The position numbers and the translations under genes are program-made. Positions 1-9,811 of a stretch of DNA of 64,000 bases are shown here, piece by piece. This stretch comes from an uncultured Clostridia bacterium. Lineage in GTDB: Bacteria > Bacillota > Clostridia > Christensenellales > UBA1242. Every line of letters begins with the position of its first letter. The stretch's first letter is position 1. Below the pieces are notes generated by a model that was not told where the DNA came from, ran no database searches, and saw only the letters and a program-made list of their open reading frames with translations. The stretch covers positions 168-64,167 of the forward strand of contig CALWEA010000007.1 in assembly GCA_944376905.1 (NCBI GenBank). Reading direction: 5' to 3'.

Positions 1-2110
1 TCTTGGAGTGTCTGGATTATAGCCAAGTTTTAAACAAACTTCACAAGCAAGTTCTTGAAGTGGATAAATAGAAAGAATAGGATATAGTTTTGAATTTATA
101 TTAGGCAATATTATATTTATATCATCTTTAAAACTAATATCATCTTTTAAACTTATATTATCTTTAAATCTTATATTATTTTTAAAATCTTTACCATTTT
201 TAAAATTTAATTGCTCTTTAAGTTTTATATCTTCAATTATTTTTTTGTAACTAAATTGATTTGTTATTAAAACAACTTTTGCTCCTCGTGCAAGAACCTC
301 TTTAATTGTATTTATATTTTTATCTAGTAATTTATTTTCTGTTAAAATTGAAAAAACTAATGTTTTATTATCGACGAGAGCAAGTGTTCCGTGTTTTAGT
401 TCACCGCTTGCAATTGCAATACTGTTTAAATATGTTATTTCTTTTAATTTTAGAGACGCCTCCATAGCGGTTATGTAATCACTTTGACGGCCTATAAATA
501 TTATTTTTTCAAAATTTATCAACTTATCTGCTAATGATTTTGCCCAATTATCAATTTTAAAAGTTTTTAATTTATTAGACAATTGAGAAATATAATTTTG
601 TGCTTGCTTAAAATTGTTTTTTAAAGATTCAGTTAGTAAGTAAAAAACTTCTATTTGGCACATATATGCTTTTGTACTTGCAACCGCTCTTTCCCAGCCT
701 GCACCCATAATAATTTTATTATTGCATAAAAAAGACATTGAAGACGTTTTATTGTTTGTTATTGCTAAAATTTTACATTTTAATTTTTTTGCAAGTTTTA
801 TTGCAGATAAAGTATCTGCTGTTTCTCCGCTTTGTGAAACAAAAACACAAAGAGTTTTATTAGTTATGTGTTTTATAGCATTGTTTTTATAATTTAAATT
901 ACCAAGATTATTAGTTATAAATTCACTAGAAATTTCTGTTATAATAGGAATATCTAAACATTGTTCTAAGTATTTTTTACCCAATAAACAAGAATGAAAA
1001 GCAGTTCCACATCCAATTAAATAAACACATTTTATATTTTTCCAAAAATTTTTATCAATAAGTTTAAATTGTTCGTTAAAAATATTTAATGTTTTTAAAA
1101 TTGCTGTTGGAGACTGTTTAATCTCTTGTTTCATTAAACAATCTTGTTTAACAAAAATATTGTTTTTTTCTTCAAAAGGCAAAAACTTTTTTTTTAGTTT
1201 TTTTAAAGAGTTATTATACAAATTTATTTCTTTAGAATTTATTTCTGCAATTTGATTATCTTCCATTATAAGAAATTCATAACAAAAACAACTTAATGTG
1301 TTAACATCGCTTGAAAATATGGAACAATTTTTATTAATTCCAATCATTAGCGGACTTTCTTTTTTCGCTAAATAAATATATTCATAACTTAAAGATGATA
1401 TAACAGCCAAAGCAAATGAACCTTTTAGCAGTGAGCAACATCTACTTATAGAAAGTTTTATTAATTTATTTATTTCTTGGTTGGTTAAATTGCTTGTGTA
1501 TTTTTTTAAATCAAGTTCTTTTAAAACTTCAAAATTAATTATATTACTATCTTTTATAATATCAAAATTTTTTTCATCAATATTTATGTTTTTATAAGAA
1601 GATTTATTTTTGTTTATATTTAATGATTGCCTTAAATTGAAAAATTTTTCAAAATTAAATCTATCTTTAAATAAATTTTGATGTTCAAATAATAAATAAT
1701 ATCTAAAAAATAAATCTATTAAATGCGCTATTATTTCGCTGTCAGTTTCACTATTTAATATTACATTTTTCAAATAACATTCTTTTAATGCATTATAGTT
1801 TTCGATAATTCCATTATGCACAATTGCAAATTTTTTTGAAAAACTTAAATGGGGATGAGCATTTTCTTTTGTTGCATTTCCATGAGTTGCCCAGCGCGTA
1901 TGAGATATACCTAACTTAAATTTAGTGTTTTCATTAATTTTTTCTTTTAAATTATCTATTTTACCACTTTCTTTAATTATTTTTATTTCATCATTTTGAA
2001 GAAAAGCAAGACCAGCAGAATCATATCCGCGGTATTCTAAATTTTGAAGACCATCAATCAACAATTTTGTTTTTGTTGATTTACCTATGTAACCAAATAT
2101 TCCACACATA
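1..2110 (-). CDS. glmS: Glutamine--fructose-6-phosphate aminotransferase (GlmS); the 3' end runs off the window start
   Basis: Absent from the ORF track because there is no in-window stop. My minus-strand translation from ATG 2110..2108 gives MCGIFGYIGKSTKTKLLIDGLQNLEYRGYDSAGLAFL...GISHTRWATHGNATKENAHPH (Ntn amidotransferase, Cys2). A mid-gene stretch reads LLKGSFALAVIS...ESPLMIGI. The window edge reads ..YPLQELACEVCLKLGYNPDTPR, close to the usual GlmS C-terminus. It is about 100 codons longer than typical GlmS because of low-complexity inserts. Confidence 0.9.
121..210 (-). repeat. Five in-frame 18-bp tandem units inside glmS
   Basis: The units are atcatctttaaaactaat / atcatcttttaaacttat / attatctttaaatcttat / attatttttaaaatcttt / accatttttaaaatttaa. 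On the coding strand they give a reiterated K-D/N-D/N-I-S/R-F/L hexapeptide. Confidence 0.8.
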
Positions 2111-2351
2111 TTAATATTTTATGCGTAAAAAAATTTTATGTTTATTATGTTTAATTTTGTTGTTTTTTTGAATAAAAATTTTTATTGACTTAATTATAAA
2201 TTTATGATATTATAATAGTAATAAATATATAAAAATTTTAATATTTTTATCTTAAATAATTTTTGACCAAATTTTTATAAAAATTTAACTATAAAAAATT
2301 AATTATTGTTTTATAGTTAAAAATTAAAATTATAATAAAAAAGAGGTTAAT

Positions 2352-2645
2352 ATGATTGATAGAAAAAATGGAGAAAAAACTTTAAATAAAACAAAAAAAT
2401 TGACCGATTTTTTGATGCAAAAAAAATATGGAAGTTTTTGTTATTCAAAAAAGAAAAATTTAACGAGTGAAGTTAATGATATAAGCGTTGTTGCTGTGAA
2501 AGAATTTAGAAGAAATAGAAGTTTAAAACTTTCAAGTCTTTCTGATGCAAAACGCTTTTTTTTATACAAAAAGTTGATTGATGATTATGGCAAAATAGGA
2601 AACAATTTGGGCTTATCTAAAATCAATTATAAGGAGATTGTATAG
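2352..2645 (+). CDS. Small hypothetical protein (97 aa) with a possible C-terminal HTH; upstream partner of the PIN gene
   Basis: ORF track entry. The RBS agagg lies 6 nt upstream of the ATG. The C-terminus YKKLIDDYGKIGNNLGLSKINYKEI resembles a helix-turn-helix. Its stop TAG (2643..2645) is 1 nt from the next ATG. Confidence 0.5.
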   Translation: MIDRKNGEKTLNKTKKLTDFLMQKKYGSFCYSKKKNLTSEVNDISVVAVKEFRRNRSLKLSSLSDAKRFFLYKKLIDDYGKIGNNLGLSKINYKEIV

Positions 2646-2646
2646 A

Positions 2647-3375
2647 ATGAAATATTTAAAAAAGAACAATTTAAAAATTGTTTTAGATACTAATTTGATA
2701 ATATACTTATCTCAAATTTATTATGAAGAAGGGTTTTGTTATAAAAACAGTAGAAAAAATTTAAAAATTCATTACTTAAATGAAGTATTAGGAATGATTA
2801 TAAAAGGTAAAATAGATATTATTTTAACGCCAACAATACTTTTTGAAATTGAAAAATTGTCTGAAAAGTTTAATGGAGTACCAACCAAATTTTTGAAAGA
2901 GTTTGGTCAAAGATTTTATACAATAAATTTTGAAAGTGAAGAAGAAAAAAATACATACATTAAAAATGTTAAAAAATTGGCGTGTATATATTGCAATATT
3001 AAAACAAACGATAAAGAAGAATGTAATAGCGAAATTTTTAATCGTTATATACGGCATTTTGAAAAGAGCAATTCTTTAAAAGAGATGGAAGAACCGTTCT
3101 TTAAAATTTACAACAAAGAACCAGCTTTTGATGCTTATATAATGGCTGAAGCCTCATTATGTAATTTAAATCTTTTAACACTTGACAAACATTTTTTGAG
3201 AAACAATTTGCCACAAAAAATTCAAAAGTTTAATCAAGAATATTTTAAAATAAAATCAAAACCATGGAGTCTTGAAGATTTCTACATACAAATATTAAAA
3301 AAATCTCCTACTCATAGCAAAATTCAAAATAAAAAAGGAAATTTAGTTTCAATTTTACAAGAAGCGGTAATGTGA
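2647..3375 (+). CDS. PIN-domain protein (VapC-like nuclease fold) with a long internal insert
   Basis: The four acidic PIN positions are readable: IVLDTN, ILFEIEKL, FDAYIMAEAS, LLTLDKHF. ATG 2647 is preceded by the RBS aaggag (2631..2636). The track ORF starts at TTG 2638. It is a paralog of the N-terminal half of 18185..20026. Confidence 0.6.
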   Translation: MKYLKKNNLKIVLDTNLIIYLSQIYYEEGFCYKNSRKNLKIHYLNEVLGMIIKGKIDIILTPTILFEIEKLSEKFNGVPTKFLKEFGQRFYTINFESEEEKNTYIKNVKKLACIYCNIKTNDKEECNSEIFNRYIRHFEKSNSLKEMEEPFFKIYNKEPAFDAYIMAEASLCNLNLLTLDKHFLRNNLPQKIQKFNQEYFKIKSKPWSLEDFYIQILKKSPTHSKIQNKKGNLVSILQEAVM

Positions 3376-3445
3376 AATTTATTTAAAATGCGAAATTTAT
3401 TTAAGTTATTTTATAAATAATATTATAATATTTATTATTAAATAT

Positions 3446-3472
3446 AAACAACTTATTGTAGTTGTTTTTTTA
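3446..3472 (+). terminator. Rho-independent terminator after the PIN gene
   Basis: The stem aacaact/agttgtt (7 bp) has a 6-nt loop and is followed by a T-run. Confidence 0.55.
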
Positions 3473-3570
3473 TATTTTTTTATAGACTATTTATTTGACT
3501 TATTTTAAACAAAATGCTAATATTGATGTAGTTTAATTGTTTATTTTTTTATAAAAAAGGAGTTTATCTT

Positions 3571-3996
3571 ATGCTAAAAGATGATATAAAAAAAGCAAAT
3601 ATTAGTGCGTTAAAAGAAAAAAACCAAACAGCAAGAACAATTTATTCAATTGTTCTTAACAAAATTATGTTATTAGAAATTCAATATAGAGAAAATAACA
3701 AAGAATTAATTGATGAAGATATAATTCTTATTTTGCAAAAAACTATTAAGGAATTAGAAGAGGAAAAAGAAAATAATGTAAAAGCAAATAGAGTTGATGA
3801 GGCAAATGAACTTGAAAAACAAAAAGAAATTCTTGAAGTTTATCTTCCTAAAATGCTATCAAAAGATGAAATAAAGGATATTATATTAAAATTAGATGAT
3901 AAATCAATTGGTAGTGTTATGAAATTTTTTAAAGCAAATTACAATGCTAAATGTGATATGCGTTTAGTTCAAGATGTTTTAAAATCATTAAATTAA
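3571..3996 (+). CDS. yqeY: GatB/YqeY-domain protein
   Basis: The 141-aa sequence MLKDDIKKANISALKEKNQTARTIYSIVLNKI...EILEVYLPKMLSKDEIKDII...MKFFKANY matches the YqeY pattern. The RBS is aaggag. Confidence 0.85.
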   Translation: MLKDDIKKANISALKEKNQTARTIYSIVLNKIMLLEIQYRENNKELIDEDIILILQKTIKELEEEKENNVKANRVDEANELEKQKEILEVYLPKMLSKDEIKDIILKLDDKSIGSVMKFFKANYNAKCDMRLVQDVLKSLN

Positions 3997-4259
3997 TAAT
4001 TTATTATGTTTATTAATTTATTTTTTATTTAAAATTTTTTCAAAATTTTAAGTTTTATAATTTGATTAGTTGTTACAAGTTAGTTTTTATAAAATAAAAA
4101 AATATTAATTAATTTTAAAAAAATATGAAATATAGAAATATTAAATTTAAAATTATTAATTTATTTTAAAAATATGAAATTTGTATTATTTACTTGTTTT
4201 AATAGATATAGTATAATTTTTACGAAAATAAAGTTTTCTTTATTATTTAAAAGGTATAT

Positions 4260-4970
4260 ATGAGAATATTTGCAATAAGCGATCTTCATCTTTCTTTTGG
4301 AAGTAATAAACCAATGCATGTTTTTGGTGGTAATTGGCAAAATTATTTAGAAAAGATAGAAACTAATTGGCAAAAGCAAGTTCAAGAAAACGACATTGTT
4401 TTAATTGCTGGTGATATTAGTTGGGCTATGAAATTAGAGCAAACAGTTGAAGATTTTAAATTTTTAAACAGTTTAAAAGGTAGAAAAATAATAATTAGAG
4501 GAAATCATGACTACTGGTGGAGTTCTATTTCAGCGGTTAGAAATGCTTTGCCAGAAAATATTTTTGCCATTCAAAATGACGCTATTAAATTTAATAATTA
4601 TATTATTTGCGGAACTCGTGGTTGGACTGTTCCAGAAAAAGAATTTGAGAGTGAACAGGATAAAAAAATTTTTCAAAGAGAAGTTATTCGTTTGGATTTA
4701 ACTCTACAAAGTGCTGTCAAATTAAAAAAAGGTAATGAAGAAATAATTTGTATGATTCATTATCCACCTTTTAATTCTCGAAGAGAAGTTAATGATTTTA
4801 CAAAATTATTTGACAAATATAATGTTGACAAAGTTGTTTTTGGACATTTGCATGGAAAAAAAATAAAAAGTTCTTTAATTTTTAATTTTAATAAACGCAA
4901 ATATTTTTTAACTTCTTGTGATTTAGTTAATAATAATTTAGTTTTAATTGCTGATGATGAAAAACTATAA
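4260..4970 (+). CDS. Calcineurin-like metallophosphoesterase
   Basis: Motifs present: ISDLH, GDISWA, GNHDYWW, HYPP, GHLHG. Confidence 0.8.
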   Translation: MRIFAISDLHLSFGSNKPMHVFGGNWQNYLEKIETNWQKQVQENDIVLIAGDISWAMKLEQTVEDFKFLNSLKGRKIIIRGNHDYWWSSISAVRNALPENIFAIQNDAIKFNNYIICGTRGWTVPEKEFESEQDKKIFQREVIRLDLTLQSAVKLKKGNEEIICMIHYPPFNSRREVNDFTKLFDKYNVDKVVFGHLHGKKIKSSLIFNFNKRKYFLTSCDLVNNNLVLIADDEKL

Positions 4971-5385
4971 CTTATAATATGCTTTTCTTATTTACTTTTT
5001 TATTTATAAAACAAATTGTTTTTATTTATTAATTAATTTGATTTTTATTTTAAATTTTATATTTTTAATTTTATATTTTATATTTTGTCTTATTAGATTT
5101 ATTTAAATCTTATTGTTAATAGAATATTGTAAGTTTTTTTTAATATATTAAATAATAAGGAATAATTTTTTAAAGAAAATTAAATTCCTAAAAATATTTG
5201 AAATATTAATAATTGTTAAAGTTGATTCTAACTCAATATTTTATTAGTTATTGATAAATAAAACTTATTATAAGTTAGTTAATTTAGTTATTACTTATCA
5301 TTTTAGTTATCACTTATTATTTTTAATAATTAAGTTTTGAAGTTTTTTTATATATTTTTTATTGCTTAATATGGTTAGGAGTTTT

Positions 5386-8034
5386 ATGGAAAAAGATTTT
5401 TTTGCAATAAGTTCAACTGATAGTTTAAAACGCTTAAAAACTGATAGAAGAGGTCTTTCTGAAAGAGAAGCGGTTAACAGGCTTAAACAAAATGGTTTAA
5501 ACAAACTTGACGAAACTAAAAAGAAAAACAAATTTTTAGTTTTTTTGTCACAGTTTAAAGATATTATGATAATAATTCTTTTAATTGCATCTGCCATTTC
5601 CATAGGTATTGCTATTTATGAACATTCGTATAGTGAATTGTTAGATGGATGCATTATCCTTGGAATTGTCTTTCTTAACGCTATAATAGGTTACATACAA
5701 GAAAGTAAAGCAGAAAAAGCGATGGAGGCTTTAAAAAATTTAACCCAACCGGAAGCAAAAGTTGTTAGAAATGGTGAGATGAAAAAAATTGCTTGTCATG
5801 ATGTTGTTGTTGGGGATATTGTTGTTCTTGAAGCGGGTGATATTGTTCCTGCCGATTGTAGATTGATTGAAAGTGTTATGCTTCAATGTGATGAAGCTTC
5901 TTTAACAGGTGAAAGTGAGCCAGTTGCAAAAGATGCTAAATTAATTTTAAGTCAAAACACAGTTTTAGCAGACAGAAAAAACATGGTTTTTAGCGGAAGT
6001 GTTGTTGCGAACGGAAGAGGTTTGGCGGTTGTTTGTGCGACAGGAAAACAAACTCAAATTGGCAAAATTGCAAATATGCTTCAATCAACAGAAAAAGATG
6101 AAACACCTCTTCAAAAAGGTATAAAACAAGTTGGTAAGGTTATAACATTTTTAGTTTTAATTGTTTGTGCAATAACTTTTTTAATAGAACTATTTGCAAG
6201 TCCTAATCAGCCAATGGAGGCATTTTTAACCGCTGTTGCCATTGCTGTTGCGGCAATTCCCGAAAGTTTACCTGCCGTTATAACTATTATTATGAGTATG
6301 GGAATAGCAAGACTTGCAAAAAGAAAAGCAATTGTTAAAAGACTTCACGCGGTTGAAACATTGGGAAGTTGTGAAATTATATGTTCTGATAAAACGGGCA
6401 CTTTAACTCAAAATATTATGACTGTTCAAGCACTTTTTTACAATATGGATTTGGATATGAAGGCCAAAAAGAATGTAACAACCGATGAATATATCCTTCT
6501 TAATAAAATAATGTGTTTATGTAACGATAGTAAAAAAACTGGTAATTCTTTTATTGGCGACCCAACTGAAACTGCACTATGTGATTATTCTTTAAAATGC
6601 GGTATAGATAAAACAATTTTAGATACACAGTTTGAGCGTATTGGAGAAATACCTTTTGACAGTATTAGAAAACTTATGACAACAGTTCATGCTGATACGT
6701 TAAATAAAAAATGTATTGTATATACAAAAGGTGCTGTTGACGAGGTTATAAAAAAATGTTCCCATGTTTTAATAAATGGTCAAAAACACAAGTTAACTAA
6801 TGAATTTATTTCAAAAATTAATTCTGCCAACAATAAAATGGGAGATAATGCGTTAAGGGTTTTAGGTTATGCCTTTAAAGAAATTCCCTCTATTAGAAAT
6901 GATACTGGCTTTGAAAACGATTTAGTTTTTGTTGGTATGACGGGAATGATTGACCCTCCACGCAAAGAAGCAAAACTTGCTGTTTCTAAATGTAAAACGG
7001 CTGGTATTCGTCCTATCATGATAACAGGAGACCATAAGCATACGGCTATTGCAATTGCTCGTGAGATTGGAATTGCGTTAGATAACGATGAAGTTATAAC
7101 AGGTTCTGAAATTGATAAATTAAATGATGAACAATTTGATGCTGTTTTAGATAAAATTTCTGTTTTTGCGAGAGTTAGTCCTGAAAATAAAGTTAGAATT
7201 GTTGAAGGCTTCAAAAAAAGAGGCAAAATAGTTGCGATGACAGGTGATGGTGTTAATGATGCACCAAGTATTAAAAAAGCCGATATTGGCGTTGGTATGG
7301 GAATAACAGGAACAGATGTAACAAAAGAAGTTGCAGATTTAATTGTAACAGATGATAATTTTGCAACCATTATTGTTGCGGTTGAAGAGGGTAGAAAAAT
7401 TTATGCTAATATCCAAAAAACAGTTCAGTTTCTATTTTCTGCCAATTTGGGTGAATTAACTGCAATTTTTATTGCAACAATCTTTTTCCCTCAAATTATA
7501 TTTTTACTTCCTGTTCAAATTTTATTTGTCAATCTTATTAGTGATACTTTTCCCGCCATAGCATTAGGTTTAGAACCAGCAGAAAAAAATATCATGCAAG
7601 CAAGACCAAGAAATTCAAAAGCAAATTTATTTTCGAACGGTGTTGGTGTTAAAATAGTTGTTATGGGTTTGCTTCAAAGTTCGTTAGTTTTGGCATGCTT
7701 TTTAATAGGCGTTTTTGGATTTAAAAGCGAAGAAGTTGCAATGAGTATGGCTTTCTATTCTCTAAATTTAATACAATTTTTCTATTTTCTTTCTATTCGC
7801 TCTAATAACTTTGTTTTCAAAAATCCGCTTCGTTCTAATAAATGGGCAGTAGGAGCATTTGCATTTGGAGTTGGAATTTGTCTTTTAATTGCTTTAACAC
7901 CAATTCATACATTTTTAAAATTAGTTAGTTTAAGTTTTGCACAGTGGAGTATTATATTAGGATTTTGTCTTTTAATGTTTGCTTTAAGTGAATTGGTTAA
8001 ATATATTGTTCACAGAAAAAGACCAGAACAATAA
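5386..8034 (+). CDS. P-type (P2, Ca2+-type) cation-transporting ATPase
   Basis: Motifs present: CSDKTGTLT phosphorylation site, TGES, IPESLPAV, MITGDH, TGDGVNDAPSIKKADIGVGMG. ATG 5386 follows the RBS taggag. The track ORF starts at TTG 5362. Confidence 0.9.
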   Translation: MEKDFFAISSTDSLKRLKTDRRGLSEREAVNRLKQNGLNKLDETKKKNKFLVFLSQFKDIMIIILLIASAISIGIAIYEHSYSELLDGCIILGIVFLNAIIGYIQESKAEKAMEALKNLTQPEAKVVRNGEMKKIACHDVVVGDIVVLEAGDIVPADCRLIESVMLQCDEASLTGESEPVAKDAKLILSQNTVLADRKNMVFSGSVVANGRGLAVVCATGKQTQIGKIANMLQSTEKDETPLQKGIKQVGKVITFLVLIVCAITFLIELFASPNQPMEAFLTAVAIAVAAIPESLPAVITIIMSMGIARLAKRKAIVKRLHAVETLGSCEIICSDKTGTLTQNIMTVQALFYNMDLDMKAKKNVTTDEYILLNKIMCLCNDSKKTGNSFIGDPTETALCDYSLKCGIDKTILDTQFERIGEIPFDSIRKLMTTVHADTLNKKCIVYTKGAVDEVIKKCSHVLINGQKHKLTNEFISKINSANNKMGDNALRVLGYAFKEIPSIRNDTGFENDLVFVGMTGMIDPPRKEAKLAVSKCKTAGIRPIMITGDHKHTAIAIAREIGIALDNDEVITGSEIDKLNDEQFDAVLDKISVFARVSPENKVRIVEGFKKRGKIVAMTGDGVNDAPSIKKADIGVGMGITGTDVTKEVADLIVTDDNFATIIVAVEEGRKIYANIQKTVQFLFSANLGELTAIFIATIFFPQIIFLLPVQILFVNLISDTFPAIALGLEPAEKNIMQARPRNSKANLFSNGVGVKIVVMGLLQSSLVLACFLIGVFGFKSEEVAMSMAFYSLNLIQFFYFLSIRSNNFVFKNPLRSNKWAVGAFAFGVGICLLIALTPIHTFLKLVSLSFAQWSIILGFCLLMFALSELVKYIVHRKRPEQ

Positions 8035-8118
8035 AAATAAAAAAATTTTTAAGATTTTTTTCAAATTCACAAAGTTAAAATTAATAAGAAATTATCCAAA
8101 GTTTAACAAAAAACAAAA

Positions 8119-8149
8119 AGAAAATGTTGATATAACATTTCTTTTTTTA
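8119..8149 (+). terminator. Terminator after the ATPase gene
   Basis: An imperfect hairpin gaaaatgtt..aacatttc is followed by T7. Confidence 0.5.
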
Positions 8150-8203
8150 TAACATTTAATGTTCTCTTAATGAATTATAAAAAAATTATCAAAGCATTTA
8201 AAA

Positions 8204-8286
8204 TTTTTACAAAAGTTATATTTTTACAAAAGTTATATTTTTACAATAGTGTATTTTAAAGTAGTGTATTTTTGAAGTAGTTATAT
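8204..8286. repeat. Five tandem units of about 17 bp
   Basis: tttttacaaaagttata occurs twice exactly, then the diverged copies tttttacaatagtgtat, tttaaagtagtgtat and ttttgaagtagttatat. Confidence 0.8.
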
Positions 8287-8505
8287 TTAAAAAATTGTTA
8301 AATTTTTTAAATGGTTAAAATTTTATAATAGTTCAAAGAATATAATAAAAATAAAAAAATTAGTATAATATAAAAAGGCTTTTATAATTGTTAAAGAATA
8401 ATTGAAATCATAAATAAAAATATTTTTTCTATTATTGAAAAATGGTTTTGATTAACAGAAAAATATGTTATAGTATATAGTACATATTTATATTTAGAGG
8501 TGGTT

Positions 8506-9294
8506 ATGGAAATTTTTGGTTTAGAGCATATTTTATTTATGTCTATTTTAGTTGTATTGATGGGCTTATCTATATTTCTTATTGTTAAATTTGTTCCTAA
8601 AAATAAATTGTTTATTCCTATTAAAATTACTGCTTTTATTGGGCTTGTTTTAATTATTATATACAGAATTGTTGTTGCAAATTCTCGTTCTGCAACATTT
8701 ATTGACTTTCTTCCAGACACTTTTTGTAGTATGATGGGTTTTATTTTACCAATAGTTGTTTTAATATTTAAACCTAATTCAAAAATTTTTCAATATGCAA
8801 TTTTTGCTGGTATGATTGGAGGTTTGTTAACTTTTGTTTATCCTGACTTCTTTATTTACTTTGATAATATTTTCAATATTCATCCTTTTACTGGCTACTT
8901 ATATCATGCTTTGATGTTGTATATGTTTTTATTGTCAATAATTTCAAAATATTTTGTTCCAACATTTAAAAATTGGTGCTCACTTCCAATAGGGTTAGCT
9001 TTTATGGTTGTTGTTGGAATTTATGGAAATTCAGTTTTAAATCAATCAAATAATATGTTTTTAAATGAACCTTTACTAACTGGAACTATTTTTACATGGT
9101 ATAATGTTGGTATATTGTTTTTGATTCTTTACACTTTAATTATCCAAATATACGAAATGTTAACTTTAAAACCTAATGAATGGTCAGTAGTTAAATTTTG
9201 GAAGATATTAGTTAATAAATTTAATAAAAAGAAACAATCATCTAAAAACCAAGAAAAAGATGAAAATAATCAAGTGTCTAAAACAGAAAACTAA
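8506..9294 (+). CDS. Polytopic integral membrane protein, possibly YwaF/TIGR02206-like
   Basis: There are about 7 hydrophobic segments and a motif LPDTFCSMMGF. ATG 8506 follows the RBS agagg. The track ORF starts at GTG 8500. The family assignment is from memory only. Confidence 0.4.
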   Translation: MEIFGLEHILFMSILVVLMGLSIFLIVKFVPKNKLFIPIKITAFIGLVLIIIYRIVVANSRSATFIDFLPDTFCSMMGFILPIVVLIFKPNSKIFQYAIFAGMIGGLLTFVYPDFFIYFDNIFNIHPFTGYLYHALMLYMFLLSIISKYFVPTFKNWCSLPIGLAFMVVVGIYGNSVLNQSNNMFLNEPLLTGTIFTWYNVGILFLILYTLIIQIYEMLTLKPNEWSVVKFWKILVNKFNKKKQSSKNQEKDENNQVSKTEN

Positions 9295-9354
9295 AAATTT
9301 ATGTTTAACTAAAAATAAAAAAAGAAAAATTTTTTATAACGTTTCTAACAAAAA

Positions 9355-9389
9355 GAGGATTCCATTTTTTTATGGACTTCTTTTTTTTT
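9355..9389 (+). terminator. Imperfect terminator hairpin
   Basis: gaggattccat ttttttt atggacttc is followed by T9. Confidence 0.45.
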
Positions 9390-9601
9390 ATGAAAATTTA
9401 TAAAGTTTCATTTATTATTTTTTTTAAAATTACATGCTAAACATACTAATATGTTGTAAACAAAAATAATTTATATAATTTAAATATTATAAATAATATA
9501 TAATAAAAATACTATAAAAGACTGTGTTAATAGTTATAAAAATAATATAACGAAAGTTTAACAAAAAATTATTAGTGTTAATATTATAAATGTTTGACTG
9601 T

Positions 9602-9749
9602 AAAAAATATTTAATAACGTAGAAAATATTTAATAATTTAAAAGATATTTATTAACGTAAAGATATTTAATAATGTAAAAAAATTTAATAATGTAAAAAA
9701 TAATTAATAACTAAATATACTAATAAATGCAAAAATATTTAATAATAAT
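9602..9749. repeat. About seven degenerate tandem units of 18-20 bp between convergent genes
   Basis: Variants of aRatatttaataaYgtaaa recur: aaaatatttaataacgtag, agatatttattaacgtaa, agatatttaataatgtaaa, aaaatttaataatgtaaaa, and others. Confidence 0.7.
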
Positions 9750-9811
9750 ATAATACAATATTTAATTAAAATACTAAACAGTTAAAATTTAAACATGTAA
9801 AACAAAATTTT

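Noticed and set aside
2111-2351. I looked for a glmS ribozyme in the glmS 5' leader, which is common in Firmicutes.
   Set aside because: The 241-bp upstream region is almost pure A+T. It has none of the conserved G/C-rich core segments of the ribozyme, so I make no call. Only a covariance-model search (RF00234) could formally exclude a divergent form.
6867-7370. A 167-aa minus-strand ORF. The same class includes 2824..3057, 4507..4701, 5310..5603, 8391..8720, 10120..10410, 12698..13006, 13847..14116, 15104..15358, 18529..18771, 22439..22669, 25654..25941, 29073..29258, 29330..29623, 32140..32340, 35410..35700, 38594..39073, 40546..40753, 47430..49926 (several), 51861..52079, 53437..53784, 57389..57720, 58181..58366, 58641..59246 and 61407..61670.
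   Set aside because: All are shadow ORFs overlapping well-supported genes in another frame or on the other strand. They have low-complexity or hydrophobic nonsense composition and no RBS.
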